Shown here piece by piece: positions 1-14,000 of a stretch of DNA of 64,000 nucleotides. Within the stretch, counting starts at the first letter, position 1; each line of letters starts with the position of its first letter. The DNA lies in assembly GCF_009914755.1 (NCBI RefSeq), contig NC_060928.1; one strand, written 5' to 3'. Under the pieces are notes generated by a model. That model searched no databases and was not told the origin of the DNA. It saw only the letters and a list, made by a program, of their open reading frames with translations. The position numbers and the translations under genes were made by a program. Origin of the DNA: the human T2T-CHM13v2.0 reference genome, Homo sapiens.

Positions 1-897
1 CAATTCCATAAATTGAATAGTCATGTAACCAGCATCTGGATTAGGAAACAGGATATTACTAAAACCCCAGAGTCCATCTGGCACTTTTTTCCAGTCACTA
101 GTGATCCATACCCAAATGGAATCCCTAGCCTGACTTCCAACACCATATTTTATTATTGAATGTTAATTAAATTTATGTAACATATCTTAGATGTACTGTT
201 GTGTACCTGGCTTCTTTCTATCAGTAGAATGCTTATTAGATTTGTCCATATTAACTCATAGTAGTCTGTTCATTCTCATTTCTATATATTATTCCAGTTT
301 GTGAATATACAATAATTTACTTTTATGTATCTCTGTTTAGTCAAATGACATCTTGGTAATGTTCACTTTGGAGCTATGGAGAATAGTTACCATGGTTAAG
401 AGTTGACTTGTCAATATCTCTTGGTGAAAATGTGTATATATTTCTTTTGAAGATAAACATTGAAATGGGATTCTTAGCATAGGTATGTACACAGTGTAAG
501 TATATACATTCAATGGTTTCCAAGCGGTTACACTAAATTATGACCAAACCAGAAATGAATAAGAGGAATAGTTGTTTCTTATCCTGGCCAACATTTTTCA
601 CTTAAAAAAATTCTAATAGTTGCCCAGTGGAATCATTTTACATTTTCATGCAGACTAACAGTAACTTTTCATGTTTTTAATGGCCATTTGGTTATTCTCT
701 TTGAAAAAATACATTTGTCAGTTTTTCTCTTTGCTAGTCTATCATTTTCTTATTGATTTTGAGGGATGCTGTATATATTCCAGATACAAATATTTTTATA
801 TGTAAGGACTGATAATATTTTATCCGACTTTGAATCTTGATTTTTTGTTCTTTTAGTGTAATCTTCTGATTATACTTTTTTTGTTTATAGAGTTTAA

Positions 898-1198
<301 letters not shown>

Positions 1199-1246
1199 TA
1201 AAATTTTTAAAATAAAGGTACATTTTAATGATTGATAGTGAAAATT

Positions 1247-1394
1247 CACCACGCCCAGCTATTTTTTTGTATTTTTAGTAGAGATGGAGTTTCACCATGT
1301 TGGTCTGGCTGGTTTCAAACTCCTGACTTCATGATCTGCCCGCCTTGGCCTCCCAAAGTGCAGGGATTACAGTTGTGAGCCACCGCACCTGGCC
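1247..1394 (-). mobile_element. Alu left monomer (AluS-like)
   Basis: caccacgcccagctatttttttgtatttttagtagag...caccgcacctggcc. Confidence 0.93.
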
Positions 1395-2472
1395 TAATTT
1401 AACTAATTTATATTTAGTAACTTCAGTGGCCTTTTAATAAATTATTGCTTTTCAAAAATAAAGATATTCGATTTTCTTTTAAAGATATTTTTGTCTCAAT
1501 CTTTACTTTTATGTAATATTTTTAATCCATTTGATATTTATTTTATAAGGTGTGACATAGAATTAAATATTTATTTTTACCATATATCCAATAGATACAA
1601 TTACCCTTTATTACAGTGATGCCTTTGTCATAAATCCAGTGCCCATATATATGTAGGACTGTTTCTGGATTCTATTTGTCTGTCCTTGTGCCTACATTAC
1701 ACTATCTAACCCACTCTGGGATTATTCTTATAAAAACTGTTCCTTTTGTTGGCAGTCACTTCCATAAATTTATATACATATAGAACAAGGAAATAAATCT
1801 TCATAGAATATTATGGATGAAAGTTAGCGGCATTCATATAGTTGTATTCATTATAATAATCATGCTCAGATTCATGCACATCAAAATGTCATAGTGTATG
1901 AAATACAAAGTGACTACCATATCTATAACCCACTAGCAGAATGCTGAAAATAGCAGAAAATTAATGGCTAATTCACAATAGCATATTAAATAATACTATG
2001 TTCATGTACAATGTAAATAAAACTAATAGGAGAAAAAGGGATATATACAGGGTAAGTATGTTTAAAATGAGTGGAATAATCAAAGCACAATTCAACTTAC
2101 AACACTTCAGGAGGAAAATGGAATGTTGTAGCTGCAGAGGTTTATGGCATGAATTCTCATATGATTATTCTAAATTAATACATGAATGGTCAATTTTACT
2201 AAAATAGTTTGCTATTCAATAATAACAAAAGAAAAATAATGTACTATTTACACAACTAATTTTGTTAATTCATATTCCAGTGAGTTGAGATACAGACAAC
2301 ATTAGCAGGGTTAAGTGTAAGTATAATCAGTGGTTCAGTTCTTAAAATAAAACCAGCTATGAAAAGAAAAAAGAACAAGAAAAAGATATGTAATATATGT
2401 CCTCAGAGGGTCAAATTAAGGCAGTTAATATTTTTGAAAGAATCCATTTAGAAAATAATCAGATGAACTTAA

Positions 2473-2890
<418 letters not shown>

Positions 2891-3307
2891 TCTCTTCTTC
2901 CTTTTAACCAGACTATTGAAATAATCTAGAGAAAATGCTTCACTCAAAATATTATTTCCACTTGGGTGTTTTATATAAATGTATACACTGCTACACAGAA
3001 CGCTTCACCAAGGTGTAATACAGTGACAACAAGACCAAAAGTAGAGCATACCCCATCTGAGAAAACAAAATCTGACCATATGTCGTGGTCTAGCTCCTTT
3101 CCCACGCAATTTAATAAGAGAATACCGTGATTTCACCTCACCACTAACTTTCTCAATCCCGTCTCTTTCTGTAGTCGGCCATTGCTTTCACATACATCTA
3201 AATCCCATTTAGGTCTAAGTCATTCCACAGCCTTCTTATTTCATGCCACCTTAAAGGCACAAAGACAAATAGCAAGAGACCTGCAATTTACTACATAACA
3301 ATTGTCC

Positions 3308-3370
3308 TTTCTTTCATTATGTGTTCCCACCTGTTTTCTTTCATTATGTGTTCCCACCTGTTTTCTTTCA
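3308..3370. repeat. 27-bp tandem duplication (2.3 copies)
   Basis: tttctttcattatgtgttcccacctgt x2 followed by tttctttca. Confidence 0.9.
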
Positions 3371-3496
3371 CTCAACTCTATTAGGTGAATGCCACGCCTC
3401 AAAACCATGCCCCTCCTATAAAACCACTACTGTTTTTTGCAGATACTTAAACATCTTTTTCTCAGAGGAATGATTTTGTAATCCTTTTGAGAGGGG

Positions 3497-3562
3497 GGTG
3501 TGTGTATATGTGTGTATATGTGTGTGTGTAGTGTGTGTGAATTTCATGTGTGTGCATGTGTA
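3497..3562. repeat. Imperfect (TG)n microsatellite
   Basis: gtgtgtgtatatgtgtgtatatgtgtgtgtgtagtgtg... Confidence 0.85.
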
Positions 3563-3864
3563 GTATATTTATTTTATGCCACATACAAAACACATAAATA
3601 GATACATAAATGCTACGAAGTGTTTTGATGATATTTAATTGATAATATTTAGTGCATACATAAATAAAGCAAAAGAATTCTAGTCTAACCTAGATGTTTG
3701 GTTTACAATAAAGAATCTATTAAGACTGTTTGCATTGGAAGTTAGAACCAATGTAATTCACTAAATACACTGAACTTAAATAATGTTTATTAAGGTTGCA
3801 TTCCAGAAAGATAGTATCTTACTGAGTTTATGATAGACTTATGAAAGTTGCAATGGGCTTTAAT

Positions 3865-3985
3865 TTTCATCCTATGTGAGCTTCGGCAAATCTTAAAACT
3901 TCTCTGAGTCTTACATAAAATGAAGCCAGTAATTGCTATTTAACTGCTTCACAAGGACTTGTGATTGTCAGATTAGAAAGTTTAT
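3865..3985 (+). mobile_element. MIR core fragment
   Basis: tgtgagcttcggcaaatcttaaaacttctctgagtctt...aaaatgaag resembles the MIR core tgtgaccttgggcaagtcacttaacctctctgagcctc. Confidence 0.6.
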
Positions 3986-4960
3986 CTCAAAATGATTAGC
4001 AGAATTTTATTTTTATAAAATATGAGTTATATTTGTCTAAATTAATAACACACTTGACTTTGCAATAAGATTTAAAAAATAAAAAAACTTTTCAAGCAGT
4101 TCAGATACAGTGAAATTATAGGTTAATGTGCTACCATCATTTGGTTTAAAACCTCAAAAACCATGTTTTGTCTTTTTTAGCTGTATCATAAAAATATATG
4201 TACAATATTAAATATTTCTCACATCCTTTATATTATACTGTATCAGTCATATTTACATTAGTGAATCCGACTGAGTAAATCTTTTCTTTAACACACTATT
4301 TTTTTAAGCTTAGTGCTTCTAACAATTATGAAACAACAGCATAAAAATAAAATTCAAACAATTCAGCCTGGTTGATGAAAAGAGTGGCATAATGTTCCTT
4401 TTTCCTTCATCTCATGTTCTTTGGTTGTTTATTAATTCCTTTCAGTTTGAAAATATATTTTGAACCTTGAGTTACAATTCAAACAAAATTCTCACTACTC
4501 CAATTCTGATAACTTTATACAATTAATAACTTCATTTAAGAAAACTCCTGTAACTCCGTAAGTATTCTCCTGCTTGAATAGTTTAATATATTTCTCTCGA
4601 CTTAGCTGAAAGACATAAATATTTGACATTAATAGAAATATCCCATGTATGTTAGATATGTTGATTTATATTTTACATCAATTTCTGTCTTCTCTGTCCT
4701 CTCCCATAAAACTACGAATAGAAAATTCAACTTTATATTTTCTAGGTTACTTTACAGCTAGGGCTCTAGAATGCAATGCAAATTCGTTTCAATGAATGAA
4801 GTCTTAAATAATGTTCATTAAGGATACATTGCAGAAAGACAGTATCTTAGTGTACTTTTCCAGATTTGGAACCAGATTTTTCCTGCTGCACTTTTGGCTA
4901 GCAAGTGATTTCAACAAGCAGGGTTTAGAAGCAGTTGCAGCTTCTAGATTTAATATTTCT

Positions 4961-5254
4961 GGCCAAGTGGAGTGGGTCACGCCTGTAACCCCAACACTTT
5001 GAGAGGCCGAGGCAGGCAGAGTGTTTGAGCTCAGAAATTCAAGATCAGCCTGGGCAACATACTGAGACCCCTGTCTGCAGAAAAAATACAAAAATTAGCT
5101 GGATTTGGTAGAGTGCACCTGTGGTTTCAGCTACTCCAGAGGCTGAGGTGGGAGGATCACCTGAACCTAAGAGGTTGAGGATGAAATGAGCTGCAATTGT
5201 GCCACTGCACTCCAGCCGGGGTAACAGAGTGAGACCCCGTCTCAAAAATAAAAG
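4961..5254 (+). mobile_element. AluJ, full length
   Basis: AluJ features (tgagctcagaaattcaag, gggcaacata, ggaggatcacctgaacc); TSD aatatttct at 4952-4960 and 5255-5263. Confidence 0.93.
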
Positions 5255-5289
5255 AATATTTCTATGCTTTTCATTCTTCTTTGCATGCC

Positions 5290-5511
5290 CATAGGAACAG
5301 TGGCAGCAGAGGCAGTGGCGGCAGCAACAGCTTCCTACCTCTAGACTTTTCTGTGTCCTTTATATCAGCCATACTGGCAGCTCTCCCTTGACTTTCACTC
5401 CTTTAGTGTTCCCAGAAATTTCTTAGGCATTTAATACCCTACATTAAATACCTTGATATCGAACATGCCTACAATGTTTTGTCTTTCTTGTCTTGAAACT
5501 TTGACCGATAG
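5290..5511 (+). mobile_element. Old ERVL LTR 3' portion (LTR33/LTR16-like)
   Basis: Terminus cattaaatacctt...cctacaatgttttgtctttcttg...ctttgaccgata resembles LTR33-type ends. Confidence 0.45.
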
Positions 5512-6647
5512 TCTGAGGAAAATCATCATAAAAAGATTTACAAGTTGCACAGCCCCAGAAACATCTGGAGGAGTGTGAATGTTACAGAGGTTACCTTTTG
5601 AATAAAAAGAGCTAACAATGGAAGAGTAGGCTGACCAAGTTTTGATTCCACAGAACACCCATCTGAATTTTTAAGTACTTTTCTAAAAGAAATCATGAGC
5701 AATAATTAATTTACAAGATATGTGATGTATGATAATATTGATAAAGCTGGAAAGAATCTGACATCTTATAAGGTTGAACATTTTTGCAGAAGGATTAGAA
5801 TTGTATTATCTTGTGTGAAGTTCATTATGGTCTCCTGGGCAGAAATAAAAGGGATTAAAGTTCTTTTATTTTTTTCTGTTATCTTTTTATAGTAGATTTA
5901 TTAAGCTTATTTTAATAATTTATAAAAGGAATGAGAAAGGAAAGGTGACTTTTTCATTATTTATGATATTTATAGACATCTGTTTAAAAAGACACCCAAT
6001 TCCACTAATTTTGAAAATCTAAGTGCTGCTTCTGCTTTAGTATATATACTGATTATTCTCATCATTATCTGTTTGATTCATCTCTAATTTGTGGTAGTAA
6101 TATGTTTCAAAATATAATGTAAATGAAGCATATTAAAAATGATTCACCATTAAAATTTATAAAAGGGTATTTTATCATTTAATTATAATAGAATATGATT
6201 TATTTAGGAAAAGAGATCTAAATGATAATCTTCATCTTCCATATAAATAGTGAGTAACTAGTGATAGTTTGACAGAAATAAATGACCAAAATCTGACAGA
6301 TTGCATACGTTACTGTCAGCCATTAAATTATATAGATTCATTCTTCAAAAAATTAAAGATAGATATTTGTTTGGTTACATCTGAAACCATATCAAAATAG
6401 CAGTAACTGTCAGTATGTTTGCAATTCCTTTTACAATTAAAAAATGGAAAACATTTTCAAAATATTTTTTCTGTTTTCCCAATGCACGTATAAATAATTA
6501 TATAGAGAATTGCTAATGCTTGTAATTTAAAGAAACATGTTTATTTTTATTATTTTACTTGTTTCTTATGATGGTAAAAGTCACATTCGACAATGCAGCA
6601 TGTTAAATGTAGCAGATTTTCATTTGTCCCCATAAAAGGGTTTGCAT

Positions 6648-6742
6648 TTGTGTATGTGTGTGTATGTGTGCGTACATGCATATGTATATAAAGAGAGATA
6701 CATATATGTATATATATGCACATATACATAATTTTACATATA
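6648..6742. repeat. (TG)/(TA)-rich low-complexity tract
   Basis: tgtgtatgtgtgtgtatgtgtgcgtacatgcatatgtatata... Confidence 0.8.
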
Positions 6743-6929
6743 TGAACATCCAAAACACTTTTCAACATTAACACTTTATTTTAATACCACTATTAACTTG
6801 AAGAGGAATTTTGACACTCATTGACAAAATATCATGTTACTGTCTGACAGGCTATGGTCTGAACATATTCGTTTTGTTAATAGCTATGTATCTTAATCAT
6901 GTAATAAAAATAGTTTTAGTTGTGTGTGA

Positions 6930-8560
6930 GATTTAGTACTCACATTCTGTCTACCAAACTCAACTATAAAATCTAGACAGAATGCATGAAGCAGCTATTT
7001 GAGGAATCTCAGAAGTAAACAAACAGAAGCAGATGAATTGGAGAAGACTCAAATGCAAAGTACCCATAAATTCACACTGAGTTTACCATTTGTTTCCCTT
7101 CTGCTATCCTCAGCCTGAATGCAGTGGACCCAAGAACATGGAAGGTGGCGTTGAGCACACATAGAAGGAATTCTGGGAACAGCCCTCTATTTCTGATTGA
7201 GGAGAAAGAATTAAATTCTTAATGCCCAGAGAGCGTGCATAAATGTTCCATTTTCTTCCTAATTTTAAAATTTATTATTATTATTATTGATTGTATCCTA
7301 GACCCTAAGCAATCCTATGGCCCATAGGAGCTAAATTCTGAGGATAAGGAATCTTTCTCACTGATCTATGAAATGTTGTTGCTCTTTTGTTTTTCTTTTT
7401 TTTTTTGTCCTCCTGCTACTTGCCCACAAAAGAGGGCACGATCACAGAAATGCACAATAAAATAAGGTAAATAAACTCCAACTTTTTGGCTGGAAAAATA
7501 ATATGGGGAGCCCTTGAGTAACAAGAGCCACAGAGGACAGAAAGGGAGGAGCTTAGGCAAAAGACCCTAGGAAGAATTTATGGACATTCAAGGGCTAGCC
7601 TCAAAGCATGTATCTAATTGATAATAAGATATCAAAGACATGGAGAATGGAACTAACAGGCAGACCACAGCACAGTTCCCAGACTGGCCACTGGCTGATG
7701 GACATGCAGGCAGATTCAAATACCACTGCAAAGGCTTTCAGGCTAAACTCTTTCTTCCAAGTCAGTTAACTTGATTATAAATCAGTAAAAATTATTCAGT
7801 CTGAACCAAAAAGAAAAAAAGTAAATAAATTCAAAAAGGATCAGAAATTCAGGGGTGTGCGGGACAACAGCCAAAGGTATAACAATTGTATAATTAACTG
7901 CAGGACAAAAAAAATAAGGTGTGGAAAAATATTTGAAAAACTAACAGCTGAGACTTCCCAAGTTTGGTGAAAAATATAAATTTAGAGATTAAAGAAGCTC
8001 AGTGACCCTCACACAAAATAAACCCATAGAAATCTACACCAAGACATATCATAATTGAATAGATGTGGCAAAATCAAACTACTCAAAAAGTAAGACAAAA
8101 CATCCTTCTGTTATATGTGAGTGTTTATTGTGGCTTTATTCATAATTGTTAGAAACTAGAAACAACCCAAGTGCACTTCAATCAGTTAATGGGAAAACAA
8201 AGTATTCTATATCAAAATGGAGTACTATTCAGCAGTACAAAAGAATGGATTATTAATGACTGCAACAACTTAGTTGCGTTTTAAAGACATTATGTGGAGT
8301 AAAAGAAGCCAGTCTCAAAGGTTATAATGCGTTTGATTCCATTTATATGACATTATCAAAAAGAAAAAAATCAATAGGGATGGAAAACAGGTGAATAGTT
8401 GTTGGGTTTAGGTTTAGGAATAGGATATGACTATAAAAAATAGCACCTAGGAGTTAGAAGAAAACTCATAATTTTGGTGATTGTTACACATTTCTATTCA
8501 AAATCTTTATACCAAAAAAATCAACTTTACTGTATTGTAATTTTAAAAATAATACAATAT
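6930..8560 (+). mobile_element. Ancient L1M: 5' region/ORF1 remnant (~6930-8060) joined to 3' end (~8110-8560)
   Basis: ORF1-like aaaatatttgaaaaactaacagctgagacttcccaagtttgg...ccaagacatatcataat; 3' end aaacaacccaagtg...aaaagaagccagtctcaaagg...ttccatttatatgaca. Confidence 0.65.
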
Positions 8561-10699
8561 CCTTAAGGACCACAAACCAATTAAATGCCAGAAGGTAAAA
8601 AAATATTAAATAGAAATCTTAATATACAACTTTTAATTTTTAAAAATTTTAATTCTGTAACATTCTGTAACTAATTCTGTAACATTTCACAAGCATGTAT
8701 TACTATATTTCATATGATTAAGAATATTCTAGAATGTCATGTTTCAGAAAAGCAAAGAACTCAAATTACTTAATGTGAGGAATATTTTAATTTTCTTTAA
8801 AAATCAAGGAGAAGCATTAAATTAGTTAATTCATAATAGCTATAGTGATTGTGATCATGTTATGTTGGATGTTGCCTAGTGTTCTGTATGAAAGTTAGAC
8901 ACTCTGAATATAAAAGCTTAGTTAATTATTAAACTGATAATAAAATAGCTATAGCATTATTTATTAAATAAACCCCCACTGTCTTGATCCAAGGTTGCAT
9001 TAATGCACTGAGTAGGCAAAAGCTTCTCATTGATCCATGTGCAGTTGCAAATAAAAATAACATTCTGGAAGATTTGTGCTTCAAATTCTGATATGTTAAT
9101 ATAGTGGGTTTAAATTTTTGATGGCCTTTTCTCCTGCATACATGAATACACATCCACATGCACGCTCAAAGACAGTCAAGGAAAACAACACAAGGAAGAA
9201 ATGGACATACTTCTCTACATCGAGTTATTGTTAAAGATACCTTTGCCCTTAATCTGGAATGTTTACTTTGAAACATAAACTATATCAAAACTGAAGAGAT
9301 TTATTTTTATAACAAACATTATAGTGATGAGTTTTATCAATGACAATATGTAAATGTAAGCAGATTCAAAGAAGTAGGAATTCAATATTTTTATTAGTGA
9401 AAATTATTCTGTTTAGTACACATAAATATAGATATTTTAAAACATTCACAAGTTTTCAGTAATCAAAATTATACCCTAGTTGGATTTTGAAAATATTCTA
9501 AATCAACTCAATTATTAGCTGTTAGTGAGAGAAAGTCTATAGTTCTCTTCTAGTAGCATGGCCAAAAAACATAGCCAAGCACATATAAATGTGACTGTGA
9601 ATTCCTCACTTATATTTTACTAATCTCCAATCAGCTATGTTTTTTGAATCACTCCCTAATGTTTCCCTAATTTAGCTTTCTGAATCAGAAATTCACTACT
9701 AGAGAATTTCTACATCTAGCATTCTTTGTGATAAGCATTACATTTGTTTAACTGGTATGCACATAAAGTAATTTGTTTCTTAATGTTAGTCTTTAAATTA
9801 TAACTAGACTCATTCAATTTTTTCCAGGTTAAGCTTCTACAGTCTTTGTTGATCTGTTAATAACAGATCAATAACAGTTGTGCCCAGAGAGCAAATGTAT
9901 TACATTATTATATTAACTTTTGGTGGAAATTCAGAGAGAAGCAGCAGTAGTAATGGCACACAAAAGATAGCATAAAGGAAAGGGAAAAAATCCTGTCGCT
10001 TAAGTCTGAGTCTAATACAGAAGACTAAATATAAATATATACAGCTAAATATAACAGTTAAAAGAAACAAACAAACAAAAAAAACACCCCCAAACTCAAT
10101 GAAATGTATGAAGTCTATACTAATAATACCTGCCTTTGATAGAGAAATAGCAGGGTGGAGAAAGAGAAAGAGACAATGAATACAGGGATGTGATAATTGC
10201 TATAAAGATACAGGCAATTGCAAAGGAAGCAAATAGAAGAAACAAGTTGTGAAGCCACCACGCATTCTGCTGGAGGAGATGGCATTTAAGCATTGTGGGT
10301 CCCAGGTAGTCAGCTTGGTCCTCTGTCTGGAGGAAGAGCAGTTAAAGCAGGTATCCTAAGATACAGAGAGATCTTTGCTTTATCTCTTATCATCTAAGAT
10401 ATTTATTTGTGTATTTGTATACTATACATATATGTACTTTTTTATTTATGGACAGTTATTTCATTGGAAGAAGAAATATGGCTGCATTTTCCCACATTTC
10501 AGGAAGCTCCTGACACAGATAGCTTTAGCAGCTTTTGAATAAAGTGTCCCAATTTGAATATTCTGTGCTGCAGACACCCCAAATTGCTTGTACTATCACT
10601 TACTTATATGCATGGGTATGTTAAGCGGGTCCTTGAGAAAATACAAAGGCATAGGAGCCTTTGCTTTTAAAGAAGATACATATATGTATAAGTCACATT

Positions 10700-11058
10700 G
10701 TATTATTTTCCTTTTATACTCCCATCTTCTCATGAGTGTATAGTGGAGTTTTTCAGAAACGACACTATGAGTGATAGCACAACAAACTGAATGCAGAATC
10801 AGGCATGAGAATCTAGCTGGCTTCTATTAAGTCACATATTATAAAAATTTCAAGTTTTATAAAACATATTAAATATGTTACATAATTGGCTTATTATTCT
10901 TATTTTTAATGACTTAAAAATAAATATAGCAAATAATTGTTGCAACTTCTAATGTGGTAAATATAGCTAGATATACCCACATTAAAATTTCTTTGACATT
11001 TTCAATAATTTTAAAGATTATAACAAATTTCTGAGTACAAAAAGTTTAATAATTACTG
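10700..11058 (+). mobile_element. hAT-Charlie DNA transposon (Charlie1-like) terminal fragment
   Basis: tgaatgcagaatcaggcatgagaatctagctggcttctattaag and terminal ctgagtacaaaaagtttaataattactg match the recalled Charlie1 end. Confidence 0.65.
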
Positions 11059-14000
11059 GTCTAGGGCAAGTAACATCACTGTAGCGATTATTATCATTTT
11101 GAAAGTAAAGATTCTATTATATATTAAAAAATAAACAACTTTCATATAATGAAGTTTTTTTTTCCTTTTTTTAAGTCAAATAGGTTAAATTATTCCTGTT
11201 CCAAAGAAGGGATTTTATTTTTATTTCCTGGCAAAAATAAAAATGACAATCTGTCAACAATATTCCCTTAGCACTTAATTTGAAGAAGTTCATAAATTAA
11301 TATTTTTCCCATAGTAGGAATAACTAATTCACTACTTTTTCAAAGCAAGTGATAAAGATATCTGTATCCCTATTGGTGTATCTCCCAAAGGCTAAGATAA
11401 TGTGAAGTTTAAATAATAAAGTTCAAGTAACAAACGTGTTTTTATGCTTTTAGGATTCAAACGCTTTTACAAATTTCTTTTAGGCTGGAATCAGCTTTAT
11501 AATATTTGTTTGTTAATGGCTGGTAAACAACAACTAAAAGCACTAGGAAAGTCTTGGAGTTGTTGTTTTGTTTTACTTGATGCTGTTGCTTTAAATGAAG
11601 ACCTTAAACAATTCAGATGTCACTGAAGATAATTTGCAGGAGTTGTTGGAATCAAAGTATTCTAAATCTTCTCAGTAGAAGACATATTGTTTAAGACTGA
11701 GGGTGGAGCTATGATTGAGGGAACATTTGTGCATGCATGGCAAAGTTTGAGGGACCACAAAGTGTGCAAGAAGATACCTTCACCTTATGAAGAGCCTTTT
11801 CTCCTCTTTCTATTTTTAGTACACAAATAGCCTCTTGCTTGCTTTCAATGTCTGAATGTTACTTAGAATTACCTCTGCTCTCCTAGCACATATTTAAGCA
11901 AATTAAATATTTGTAAAGTTTATAAGTTTAGGATTGGAAAAAGAGGAGGATGCTGTTAGTAGACACAATCTAACTGTACAATGAAAGCTACAATGTGTGG
12001 TCAAAGAAAGTTCATTTGTCACAGCTGAAGAGAAATGCAGGAGATGGAATAGCAGTACACAGCAGGTTGTATTTTTCAGGGTTGTAACAAACACAGCTAT
12101 CTGGAACAGTTTAGTTGAAATGTCTAGCCAGAAAGCAAAGTTACAATTACTTTTGTGGTTTAAGGATAATTTTATTTCATCAAAAGTAAAAACAAATATC
12201 TTTATTTGGTCTGGGAGCAATTATTTAAGGGGAGAAAATGTGCTTTTACAATGTATGGACAAAATTTTAATAGAAACTTGATAAGTTTTAATGAATAGCA
12301 AATGTATCATATTTTAATATGTTGATAAGTTTCTATATGTATTTGGATTATATAAAATTTCTGATCTAGTTTCCTGGTCTGGCTGTTCTTTCTGCCAACA
12401 AAAGTGATGATCAGTCATGCCTAAGGAGGTCAGCTAGGTCCAGCCAGGTCTAACCAGGGACAGATAAGATAGACCATAATGTTGGCTTTTAATTTTAGGA
12501 AAATCATTCTGAAATCAAGGTTTTTATTTTCAAGAATGTGACTTTCTTAAATGGACAGTAATTTTGTGAATTTTTAAATACTCAACATTGGAAGCCTAGA
12601 GCACTGAGAGTACCAAAATATACTATAGCATGTGGCAAGGAATAATGTGGTAACTAATGTATGTCAGGTTCCCATGAAAAAAAAACAAAATAAAAAACAG
12701 GTGAAATATATTCTGGGGTCAGACAGAGGATACCCAGCTATGGTTAGGTAGGTCCCGAGTGCTTCAGAACCTGTGTGGTGCCTCAGGGATGGGAATATTG
12801 CAATAGAAACTCAGACACTTTGTAAAAAAAATCTGAAAATAGGTGTTTTTCCCAATTCTTCTTTGGGCCTCCAGCGGGAGGCTTCCAGGTAGGGTTACCC
12901 ATATGAATGATGTCCAGCAGTGACAGAGAAGACTCAGTGGCATGGTGTCTTCAAGTTGTGAGAGGCAATGTGGGCCCCATCTCCACTGATGCTAACTGGG
13001 CCAGACCAAGGTTTTCCCATATGTGCCTTCGAGTTCAAGAAATTGCTTATAGACTCCATGAACTTGAAGAGATCTGGGATGCAAAATGACAGAACTTTGT
13101 AACAAGAGGCAATGGCGGGAGTCAGACAGAAGTAGTAGATGTCAACACACATCAAAAAGCTCCATTCAGTCAATTCCATTCCTGGTGAATGGCCAGGAGA
13201 ATTGAGGGGAAAACACAGATTGAAGACTCCTTGTAGCTGCCATGGTATGACAATACTTTCCTCTTTGCTCGTATCCAGATACCACCCAGAAGAAAGAAAA
13301 TAATTTAGAAGAGGAATAAAGGAAGCCTGAAGTAATCTTATAAAGTTTTAAACTTAAAAATTTGCAGTTATTTTACAGTGGCTTTTTTTCCTTTGTTTTG
13401 GTTGAATGGGAGCCAGAGAAAGTTAACAATTTTGTTACAAGAAGAAAAAAAAGCAAGCAAACAAGTAAGAAAGAAAGAAGGGGGAGGAAAGGAGAAGGAG
13501 AGAAAATGTCTGCACAACTGAATCTAGAGGTTTAAATATTTAATCCTTTCAAATTAATTAGTTTTAAAAATTATTTTCCTACAGATGTATATCCAAAATT
13601 TTCACAAAACAAATTGTCATTAAGTTATATAGTAAATGTAATTCTCTCATGAAAAATACAAGAAAACATACATAAATATCTATACTATATATAGCAATGG
13701 CTCTCATTCTGGAGGAAAAAAATATACAATCATTGTGTTGGTCTACTAAGAATTCTGTAAATTTTCATATATTATAATTATCTTAGGTTTTGGTGAATTT
13801 TTCATTTATTAAATGAAATTCAAACCATTTAAAAGCTTCATTTAATATGACTTGCTGTGGTATTAGTTATAAATGTCAAAATATAAGTATTTTATTGACT
13901 GACAAAACAAACATATCAAAAAGTAATTGATGCAATAATGTTATTATAAAATATTTTATAATATTAGCTTTATTAAAGACACTTATGAAAAGTTTTCTGG

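Noticed and set aside
8652-8686. attctgtaac repeated three times
   Set aside because: Short slippage repeat with no spacer structure; not a CRISPR-like or functional array.
11990-12281. Unique-looking segment with overlapping ORFs on both strands
   Set aside because: No homology I can recognise and no consistent splice structure; conservation cannot be assessed from sequence alone.
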